NCBI GenBank assembly: GCA_032718475.1
Contig: JAUCBJ010000026.1
Span: 1 to 39,435, forward strand
Direction: 5' to 3'
DNA from: Nemertoderma westbladi
Taxonomy: Eukaryota > Animalia > Xenacoelomorpha
Length of the DNA: 39,435 nucleotides
The notes beneath the pieces are model-generated. The model was not told the DNA's origin, ran no database searches, and worked only from the letters and a program-made list of their open reading frames with translations. Below, piece after piece: positions 25,222 through 34,288 of the stretch. The translations under genes and the position numbers were made by a program. The stretch's first letter is position 1, and every line of letters begins with the position of its first letter.

Positions 25222-28200
25222 CTAAACAACATTTTCGGTTAAAATCTGAAAATAAGCGGCTTTCAAGGTGGTCAGCATAATACCGTAGTGTCCGTTAACC
25301 AGACTGTCGTCCATAAACTCGGAGATAACGTCGACTTCGCTACCCAAATGGTGGATCCGCGCGCGAACCACAACGAACTCGAACAACGGGAATAATTCGT
25401 CCATATTCCATCGATGGCTCGCCCCCAACCAGCCGCCCACCTCCGAGTTGAGCAAATGGAATGTTTGTTCTAGAACTGAGAGTTTGGACTGCGGGTAGAG
25501 AGCCGTGCTGATGAGTTGGAGTTCTCGGATGGACTTGGTGTAGGAGGGTTGGCTTTCGGGATTATCCGGACAACTCGAGGTCTCTATCCGACGGTCGCTA
25601 AGCAACGCAGGATTCCAGAACTTCCGGTTTACATCCAAGTAGGTGAGTAGCCGCACGTCAGACTGTAGATTTAGGCGGGTCACTCTCCCCCAGTACAACT
25701 CGTCGTCGTGATTCAACGCAAAGAGAGTGAATATATGCGGGTAAACTTTAGGGAATATTATAGGGTGTAGGAGGGATTGGGAGCTTACCATTGGCTGGCT
25801 GTCTGCGTCGTCGTCCAGTATAACCAACCGGGGGTGCGACGTATCTAGGCAACCACCAACCGAGTTCCTACGATACTGCGGCAGACCGGGGAAGGACAGA
25901 CGGATAATCGCGTAGATCCGATCGACGATAGACCGGAATTCGTCGACCGCCTGTCTCAGCAACCGGCGGTGGCCCCCTATACCTGAGTAGGTCGCCTGGT
26001 AACCGTGTATGACGTCACCGACTAGTTTACCCAAGGGATGGTAGATGCAGCCGCAAGCCGATTCGATGTAACTCGAGACTTTATCCAAATCGCTCAGCTT
26101 TATTTTACCTTTCGGTTGATCCGGAATCCACTCCAAAGATTCTAGAATATTAATTTCCTCTTTACTATCATTATCTGCTGTCTGTAACAGCTGTTTACTC
26201 GAGTTTATTAATGCGGCTGTTTGCTCCCAGACTTTGCCCGTGTCCGTAGAATCAACGACTCCAACTTGGGATAAATACCTCGCGAATATCCCCTCCCATT
26301 TATCCTCGGCGGGAACGATAAACTTCCCGTAAGTTTTGGGAATCCCCGGGGAGGTGGAATTCCGTTTATAATTGCCGCTGATTTTAATCTCGGATTCGAA
26401 GGACCCGTAGAAACTCCCGTCTATGGAATCCCCGTTGGGGAGGATAAACAGACCCTTACCGTTCATGCTGGTCCCACTGAACTCCCCCCGGTACATGTGG
26501 TCGTCGTCGGTTAATAAATAACCGACTCCGACTATTTTATTCTCCTTAAAGACTCCCTCATAGTACAGACCGTCTATGGTTACTATGCAACCGTTGCCAT
26601 GCCTACAATCCTCCTTCCACATACCGATGTATTTCTCGCGTTGGTCGTCGTGTACCCCGTAACCATGGCGATGGTCTCCCTTCCATTGGCCCACGTAGAG
26701 GCCCCTGGTTGGCCCGAGCGGGCCCAGCGGGGTCGTTAGACCCCCGTGGCCCTCCCGACGTCCGGCGTGGAAGTCGCCGTCGTAGACATCCCCGTTGCCG
26801 TAGGTCAACCGACCTAGACCGTGCTGCAACCCCTCCAACCACAGGCCTCGGTAGACCTCTGGGGACTGGTTGCCAGGCGACGGGGTCGACATGACCCCAT
26901 AACCCTGGTGCAACCCGTTATAGAAGTGACCGCGGTAGTTTCTACCGGTCGGCCATGTTAACACCCCTTTACCTTGGGGTTTCCCTGACAACCAGACACC
27001 TTCGTACAAAGCGTCCTTATAAGCAACGTGGTTATAGTAAGTATGAGTTGAAGTTCTAGAACTCGGTAAATTAGTGGTGCTTTTAGTTAATAAAGTTCGT
27101 CCGCCATATAAAACAGTATAAATGGCATTAGTGGCGGTTTTAAACCAGTTGTTTTTAACTTCTATTGAAGGGAAAAGGATTGTTAGAGATTCTTCCGGAG
27201 TTCGGAATATAAATGCGGGTTTTTTGTGTTGGTTCTCGTCGAGGGATTCAACCCAGACGGTGGCCAGCGGGAGGATCTGGTGGCGGGAGAACTGGCAGTG
27301 GACGAGGACGTCGTTAAATAGCAGGAACCAATGGGTAGAGAACCGAGGGGAACCGAGGAGTTCCAACCCGGACTGCTTCCCGTCCAATAGGAGGCGTCGG
27401 GATTGGGTCCTAAGGGATTCGCACAGACGGGACGGGATTGAATCCCAGAATACCCGAGTGGTCTCGGCTAGTCGCAGGTTGAGACTCCAATCGAGACGGA
27501 GGCTATCCCAGGTTGTTAGCGACTCGTTTATTAATTTATATGTGTTGGTATGGGAGGGATATAAAGTGATTATTTCCTTTAACAATTGGCAGTAATTAAT
27601 TATTATTTGTAACGGTTTTTGCAGAACTTCTTTAAATTGGCAAGAAATGTTTAAGTTTTGCGGCGATGAATCCCCCAGGAGTTCCTGCAATACGTTTTTT
27701 GATTTTGAGAATAAATTATTCAAAATCTTAGAAATTGATTGGAATCCTTGATAAGCGATTAAATCAGTAAAGAGATACATATATTGTATATAAATCGGCG
27801 ATATATTACTAATATTACTTATAATAGGTAAACTGTTGGGTTTACCTCCGGTATCGAGGATTCTGTAACAACAACTCGAGTTGCAACTGGTGAACATAAA
27901 GATTCCATTCAATTTCGCGTCGATTTCCGTAACTAATTTACTCAACAACGGAGAAGCCGACGAAACAAACGCATCGGATATGAGAAGCGGTTTAATAATC
28001 TTCCCGCAGATTAAACTGATTTCCCGAGTGAAAATCAATTCGTTACAGGAAAATTTATATAAAATATTCGAGTAAAAATCGCTGTTATTATTAATTAAAC
28101 AGGCTGATTGTTCCTCCCCAATGTAAATCTGGCGAATTACAAGGAAGTTAAGGAATTCTAGAACTCTCGGCGTAGAAACTGAATCCAAAGATTCCTCATT

Positions 28201-29850
28201 TAGACTGACGTTAGTGTAACTGTCTTCTAGAAACTCCTGCGATAGAGTTTCTACTTCCGTTCCGGCGTATAAAACCTGCTGAGTTCTAGAAGGAATGTGA
28301 ATAGTTAGGAATAAAGTTGAGTCGACTCCAGCCGAACTCTTATAGACTAAATAGTTAGGGAGTAGAACTTCTTTAGGAGTTAGATTATCATTATCCGTGA
28401 CGTCACGACCTAACTGGCCGCCGGTGTTCGCCCCCCAGGTATAAACTCTACCGTCCCTGGACACCCCGACACTATGGCGCCGACCTCCCCAGACAGACAC
28501 TAAACATCTGTTGGAGAGACTCGCGACCAGACAGGGCGAGTCTCGGTCGACGGCGTCGCCCAGACCCAACTGGCCAGACTCACCGGCGCCCCAGGACCAA
28601 ACCTCGTCCGAGTCTGGGAGACTCCTGGGGGAACTGATAGTCTCAACGACACTCCCAGCACCGACACTACAGGGTGCACCAACACTACAGGGTGCACCGA
28701 CACTACAGGGTGCACCGACACCACTTGGTGCACCCATAGCCGGTGCTACAACACAACTAACCTCAGCACCAACCCCAACCTCGCCTATCGCAGCTGCCGC
28801 TATATTCTCCATACTCATTATATCCCAACTCAACTGACTGAAACTTTCGTTTCTATCCACAGACAGACTGTCTCCATGGTAACCTCTAGACGACGTCACT
28901 ACCCCATGATTGGCCCATTTCTCGTCGTGTATCGCGTAAGACGGCCGAGAGAAGAATTCCAACGCGGAGTCCGTATCAATAATGGGACTCTTGGGAGCGA
29001 ATAATTCATCAGAAAGTCCGACATTCAGCACATCTGGTCTACCCAGTTCCTTAGAATGATTAACAGTTGATGTAGAAGGAGTTGATGAGCTAATAGAAGA
29101 TATTGTTGATGAGTTATTGACAGACGATTCGTCTTGGAATAGTTTAATATCGTCTATAAACACAATGTCGCTCTCTAGCTTGGACTCCTTGCGGACTATG
29201 GCTACGGAATGGGACCCGCCGGCGGCTATTCGGAGGACCTTTCTGTGTCTCAACGCCGACACAGGGGTCGGGAACAGGGCCGTACGAGTCGCCCCTAAAC
29301 CTAACTGACATCCCGAACCCCAGGAGTACAGAGAACCTAATGTTGTTAACGCTAGTGTGTGAGCGGAACCACACGCCACCTGTTCCACTAAGAGTTCCGC
29401 GTCGTCGGTTATCGGAACGCTAATAGGGCTCCGTACTGAGTGTTCCGCCCCGTTTCCGCACTGACCCAGCCGAGAGTCGCCCCAGCAGTAGAGGAGTTTA
29501 TCCGATGTTATAGCGGCGCTGTGATACGAGCCGCACTGAACGTCCGTCGCGAAAGAGGTGGTGAAACTATCCAATAAAATCGGAGAGGCGACTTCGTTGG
29601 ATACGGAGGATAAACCCAGTTGCCCGTAGGTGTTGTCACCTGAGGCGTATATCTGTCCGGAGGTTGTGAGGAACAAGGAATGATTGGAACCCAGTGAGAT
29701 GGTAGCGATATCTATGTGGTGGAGGCTGGGGTGGGAATATATGTTGGTTTGAGTCGCCGTATCCCATAACATAACTGAACTCTTCGAAGGTGCCGCAATC
29801 TTTCCATTATCAATCTCAATAGTTTCCGATGTATTTTTTGGATTTTCCAT
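25222..29850 (-). CDS. ALS2: Alsin (Rab5 GEF: RCC1-like repeats, DH/PH, MORN repeats, VPS9), single exon, 1542 aa
   Basis: RCC1 repeats (GSNHSLFL..GQLG, CGSYHS..CWG, VWSWGAGESGQLG), PH (HWFLLFNDVLVH), MORN repeats (YEGVWLSGKPQGKG and others) and VPS9 (MDELFPLFEFVVVRARI...LTTLKAAYFQI). This domain order is diagnostic of alsin. Confidence 0.93.
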   Translation of the reverse strand: MENPKNTSETIEIDNGKIAAPSKSSVMLWDTATQTNIYSHPSLHHIDIATISLGSNHSLFLTTSGQIYASGDNTYGQLGLSSVSNEVASPILLDSFTTSFATDVQCGSYHSAAITSDKLLYCWGDSRLGQCGNGAEHSVRSPISVPITDDAELLVEQVACGSAHTLALTTLGSLYSWGSGCQLGLGATRTALFPTPVSALRHRKVLRIAAGGSHSVAIVRKESKLESDIVFIDDIKLFQDESSVNNSSTISSISSSTPSTSTVNHSKELGRPDVLNVGLSDELFAPKSPIIDTDSALEFFSRPSYAIHDEKWANHGVVTSSRGYHGDSLSVDRNESFSQLSWDIMSMENIAAAAIGEVGVGAEVSCVVAPAMGAPSGVGAPCSVGAPCSVGAPCSVGAGSVVETISSPRSLPDSDEVWSWGAGESGQLGLGDAVDRDSPCLVASLSNRCLVSVWGGRRHSVGVSRDGRVYTWGANTGGQLGRDVTDNDNLTPKEVLLPNYLVYKSSAGVDSTLFLTIHIPSRTQQVLYAGTEVETLSQEFLEDSYTNVSLNEESLDSVSTPRVLEFLNFLVIRQIYIGEEQSACLINNNSDFYSNILYKFSCNELIFTREISLICGKIIKPLLISDAFVSSASPLLSKLVTEIDAKLNGIFMFTSCNSSCCYRILDTGGKPNSLPIISNISNISPIYIQYMYLFTDLIAYQGFQSISKILNNLFSKSKNVLQELLGDSSPQNLNISCQFKEVLQKPLQIIINYCQLLKEIITLYPSHTNTYKLINESLTTWDSLRLDWSLNLRLAETTRVFWDSIPSRLCESLRTQSRRLLLDGKQSGLELLGSPRFSTHWFLLFNDVLVHCQFSRHQILPLATVWVESLDENQHKKPAFIFRTPEESLTILFPSIEVKNNWFKTATNAIYTVLYGGRTLLTKSTTNLPSSRTSTHTYYNHVAYKDALYEGVWLSGKPQGKGVLTWPTGRNYRGHFYNGLHQGYGVMSTPSPGNQSPEVYRGLWLEGLQHGLGRLTYGNGDVYDGDFHAGRREGHGGLTTPLGPLGPTRGLYVGQWKGDHRHGYGVHDDQREKYIGMWKEDCRHGNGCIVTIDGLYYEGVFKENKIVGVGYLLTDDDHMYRGEFSGTSMNGKGLFILPNGDSIDGSFYGSFESEIKISGNYKRNSTSPGIPKTYGKFIVPAEDKWEGIFARYLSQVGVVDSTDTGKVWEQTAALINSSKQLLQTADNDSKEEINILESLEWIPDQPKGKIKLSDLDKVSSYIESACGCIYHPLGKLVGDVIHGYQATYSGIGGHRRLLRQAVDEFRSIVDRIYAIIRLSFPGLPQYRRNSVGGCLDTSHPRLVILDDDADSQPMVSSQSLLHPIIFPKVYPHIFTLFALNHDDELYWGRVTRLNLQSDVRLLTYLDVNRKFWNPALLSDRRIETSSCPDNPESQPSYTKSIRELQLISTALYPQSKLSVLEQTFHLLNSEVGGWLGASHRWNMDELFPLFEFVVVRARIHHLGSEVDVISEFMDDSLVNGHYGIMLTTLKAAYFQILTENVV

Positions 29851-30523
29851 AAATCATATTGTCATAGCCTAGACTTCATAGAAGCATACCGGTACCGGCT
29901 GACCGGTAACATTAGGCCTACAATTTACCACTAGAAGCAATTTCGTTTATTACAGTATTATGTAGCCTATAGTACTACCGCAGCCTTTAGTTTAGGCTGT
30001 TACAGTGTTAGGCCTAGTATAATTTTGCGGCACGGTATGCTGTTGGGTGTATAATATGCTTTATTTACCGTTCATCCCGAGATCTGTTATTAAACGACCG
30101 AGCGCACCGAGGGAGGTAAATAAGTCTCCATATTTTGGGAGTGGAGGTCCGAAACCATAATTCAAAGTGGAAATGGAGGCCCAAAGCCTTAATTATAAAA
30201 CAGTCATGTAACCCCAACCTTAAATATTTTGGATCCTAAATTCCACAAAATTTCTTAGATTAGAACATCGGGACTTTAGAGCTACTAATGACAGTTTTAA
30301 TTAGGGTTTGGACCTGACCAACAAACCCAACCACAAAAATAAACCAATAAATACAAGTTAAAGTGCTGTACGGTACGCTAGACCTACTATTAATATACTG
30401 TAAGTCTATAGGAGGGCAATCCGCAGGGGGGGGGGGGGGGGGGGGTAGATACGCCTAGGACACCGGCAGCATTCTTAATGCAACTGCTTCCAGCATGCCC
30501 ATTATAGATAGATAATTGAAACC

Positions 30524-30791
30524 TGAAAAAGGTGGACAGTCCAATCACTAATAAATAGCATTGCTTTAATACGTTTCTGATTGGTCAGACTATTACAGTA
30601 TTATATATGTTTTTTGTGCATGTGTCCTGTCCACCTTTTTCAAACACACATCTTATTCCCAATTATGTAACTAAGAAAGCGGAAACTTGAAAAAGGTGGA
30701 CAGACCAATTGCTACAAACTGCTTTGCTTAATACGTTTCTGATTGGTCTGTCCGTTGTCCATGTTTTCTGTGTCCAGTCCACCTTTTTCAA
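30524..30791. repeat. Two tandem copies of a short foldback/MITE-like unit (30524-30642 and 30687-30791)
   Basis: Each is bounded by TGAAAAAGGTGGAC...GTCCACCTTTTTCA, with an inner CCAAT/ATTGG pair. Confidence 0.75.
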
Positions 30792-30931
30792 ACACCCGTA
30801 TGCTGTTATGCTGTAATGGTACCTTACGTGCTTACGCGTACAGCCTTTGCATACCATCTTAGCCTGCTACCGGCACCGGTATCAGCCTATACTGCTATAA
30901 CAGTATAATTTTACTATAGGCCTATATATTA

Positions 30932-33078
30932 GGGTTTGTCTTTTTGCCGTATATGTGTACGTATTTTAAATAGTTCCCGTAGCCTACCGTACAGCCGTAG
31001 GCTACCGTATGTGGGACGTATTTGCCCGTATTCAGGAAGCAGTAGTCAGTGCACTGCAGCACTACGCACTATGGCTAAATCTGACGGTACGTGCCTGGCC
31101 TATTTATCCATGTTTATAGACCTGTACGTACATAGTACAGGTAAATAATACAGCGAGCCTGCTGTACTGTGCTAAGATTATACAGCTCGCGCTTTGTGGT
31201 GTGAACCACGACGTTCGTTTCGGTACGAATGCTTTAAAGGGACCAGCCTGGGCGCATCTCTGCCTTGCATCGTTAAATGAGTACTGAAGTTTACTCTAAG
31301 GCGTATAGTTCTGGGCCAGGCTGCAAACCACCACTGAACCGCGCACAACGTCCGCGCACAATTTTTCAGCCGCGCTAAATCTGACAATATACCGCGCATG
31401 GAATATTTCATATACTACTATATAACTGAATATATACTACAGTATTTCAAAACCGCGCACAACGCGTTGCGATTTTTGCACTCCATTTGCAGCCTGGGTT
31501 CTGGGGGACCGCACTGGAAATAAGTCGCCAGACTTTGTGCTTATAATCACTGGCCTAATAGTCGAAGAAAATGTAGGCCTGCTTTTTACTTTTACATTTA
31601 CATATATTCTAGACCTCTTATTACATTTATATATATTCTACACTAGACCTCAGGCTGAGTTTTTGTGAAGTCTTAAATCGATTGCAATTACTCAGTCAGC
31701 CTCTATGTGTTATTGCGACTTGTTAGCTTATCCAATTCCGCTAACACGAACCCATAAAGTCAACCGTTAAGCAATATTGGGAGCACGAGGTTGATTACCA
31801 ATATCAACCTCGTGTCACCCCAATAAAGTGGGAAGGAGAAACGCACAATAGGGGTCAGGGGTTACACCCCTGACAGAGAGAGAATAGCAAGGGTGAAGGG
31901 AAGCACTTCAGAGGGGGGCAAAAGGGTGACAAGTAGGATATTAGCCAATAGGGGGGAAGCATCGACTGGGTACAGTAATACGGCCAAACCGTGCAATATA
32001 TATTACCAGTTGATTGCATCAGTTATCTCAGTTTTAGTTAGTCAGATCAGTTAGGGTGGAACGGCAACATCTATTACCGTCCACTACCGTCCACATCATT
32101 TAATCAGTATTTACCGGTATATCATTTAGTCAGTTTAACCGTGCTTGCACTACTCATTTATTATACTTATACATATGAACTCCAGAACTCTCAACTTAAC
32201 TGACCCTTTTCATACACACGGCGGGGACGCGTAAATAGATAAACCCAACGGATAAATCGGGATCCGTAGATCCCGTCACACGACTAGGGGACATGTTTAC
32301 TTTGCACATATTTCTTTCGAATTGACACTTAACATAAGTTCAATTCACGTGCTGCGCGAAGGCCCCACTTCGTGTTATACTAGATTTACTTGAATGTACG
32401 TATGTACTAACTATACTGTAGTTATTTAAAAAGCACAGTAGGCCTACACATGCGCAAAGTATACCAACAGTATCATACCTTTTTATAAAACAATGATGAA
32501 TATTGCCCCTACGGTTATTTTGATATTATTCACATTCCTATTTTATCAATAACAATCAGTTGAATTATTTTATTTATTAATTACCGAAACTTCACCACGC
32601 GATTTTTAAGTATAACACAACTACAGTAAATGTAATTATTTGTCGTATTTGTATTTAAAAAGAACATACAGTATAGGTGGCGGCACCTTAGTGTTACAAA
32701 CTAAATCGTCCTTTATCGTCTGCTCGTTGATTACACTGGAGGGGCAATTCAACTTTCAGCCGTCATCGAACAGTATAATACTTATTATGATTATTTCATA
32801 ATAGTTATTATCATTATTTTATAATAATAATACTTATTATTACATAATAATGAAAAATAATAAAAAATGATATAAAACTCGCAGAGAATTTCCAAACCCC
32901 TGGTACCGGGAGCATAGAACACGTAGTATAAAAAGTTGCCAGGTACAGAACCGTTAGCGGTAAGCAGTGCACTGATTCTGCTTCCTGAATACGGGCAAAT
33001 ACGTCCCACATACGGTAGCCTACGGTAGGCTACGGAAACTCTTTCAAATACGTATACATACGGCAAAAAGACAAACCC
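30932..33078. mobile_element. About 2.15-kb non-autonomous DNA transposon with about 120-bp TIRs
   Basis: 30932-31057 is the reverse complement of 32964-33078 with few differences. No transposase ORF and no clear TSD. Confidence 0.75.
31316..31497. mobile_element. 182-bp MITE with an 8-bp TSD (hAT-like)
   Basis: TIR CCAGGCTGCAAA / TTTGCAGCCTGG; TSD GTTCTGGG at 31308-31315 and 31498-31505; internal repeat AACCGCGCACAACG. Confidence 0.85.
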
Positions 33079-33440
33079 AAGTGCTTAGATAACAATAAAC
33101 AATACGAATATCGAACCACAAGTCACAACAAATATATCACAGTAACATTAACACAATAAAAGTACAGGTAGGGGGGGGGGGGGGGGGGGGTGGGGGCAAC
33201 GCGTCCAGCCGCCACCCCCCCCCCCCCCCCCCTGTCTCTAGAAAGTAGTAATTTAGTCACCTTTATGACAGTAATATTACGTCATTAAATATACGGTGAC
33301 GATTCACAATATTTACAGACCTTGTCCATCAGACGTTGTATGTATAATCATAAAAATAACGGTAGAAAAATAATATATAATATGATATGGTGATAAAAAG
33401 TTCAATATTAACTGATAATAACTGAGACATGCTCATATCT

Positions 33441-33969
33441 GCCACAGTGGAAAGTGTATTTTTATACGGGGGTGAGACCTGGACACTGACTAAATCACTT
33501 GAACAACGAATTGATGGTTGCTACACAAGACTACAAAGGGCATCCCTAAACATCAGCTGGAGACAACACATGACAAACGCCGAGCTTTATGGTACAATAC
33601 CAGCTGCATCAACCACCCTCCGTGAACGCACATTAAGATTCAGTGGGCACTGCTGGCGAAGTAAATAGGTTGCCTATTTTAATTGTTCGAAGCCCCCGAA
33701 GGCCCTTAGCACGACCTTCTGTTTCAGTTACCAGTCACCATCTTTCAGTGATTATCTAATTTATTTAATTTTATCTAAAGATTTATCTAATTTAGGGGAG
33801 GGGGGTGGGTCAACACCTATCTGATGACATCTGATTTAGGGGAGGGAGGGGGTCAACATTTTGGAGAAAAGTGCAGACGTCATACTTGGACGGCCCCTAT
33901 GGAGAATCGGGAAGCCTGGAAGGATCTCATTTCCACTGTCCGAGTTCGCTCGACCTAGTAGTAGTAGTA
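33441..33969 (+). mobile_element. 5'-truncated, rearranged copy of the same RTE family
   Basis: 33441-33665 matches the reverse complement of about 9491-9714. 33899-33969 matches about 9290-9358, including the (TAG)n tail. The middle is replaced by unrelated DNA. Confidence 0.92.
33780..33898. mobile_element. Single end of a PIF/Harbinger-like MITE
   Basis: Ends in GACGTCATACTTGGACGGCCCCT, preceded by GGGGAGGGGG repeats, resembling Harbinger-type MITE termini. The partner end was not found. Confidence 0.45.
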
Positions 33970-34175
33970 AAGATGTCAAGGCTGAAGGAGTTTCTATTCG
34001 AATAGGGCATAACGCATTCCACACTAACGGGGCAGCTACAGCGAAGGAACGGCGACCATAACTTTAACTGCAAATAGTGTTACAGTTAGGTACCGGTACT
34101 GCCAACAGCAGCATGTTAGCGGAGCGCAGATTACGTGTGGGATGGTAAAGTGAAAGTAATTCAGACAAGTAATCA
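33970..34175 (-). mobile_element. Decayed L2/CR1-group LINE ORF2 C-terminal fragment
   Basis: Minus-strand translation DYLSELLSLYHPTRNLRSANMLLLAVP...*SYGRRSFAVAAPLVWNAL. Confidence 0.75.
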
Positions 34176-34288
34176 TCTGCCCTCTAGATAGACAAGCTGT
34201 AGGCCTGCCGACAATAAGACCAAGAAAGATACCGGTACTAGGCCTATACAGTTTTTATCCCTGAGTCAGACTACAGCCAGACAGCACA

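Noticed and set aside
26603-29374. Small ORFs overlapping ALS2
   Set aside because: Antisense or alternative-frame shadows of GC-rich coding sequence.
31505-31560. GGACCGCACTGGAAATAAG as a LINE 3' UTR remnant
   Set aside because: The resemblance is from memory only and the match is too short to support without a search.
33171-33232. Poly-G/poly-C hairpin and other G-tracts (1590, 24640, 30426, 39014) as functional G-quadruplexes
   Set aside because: Homopolymer lengths are unreliable and such tracts are common in MITE remnants; there is no further support.
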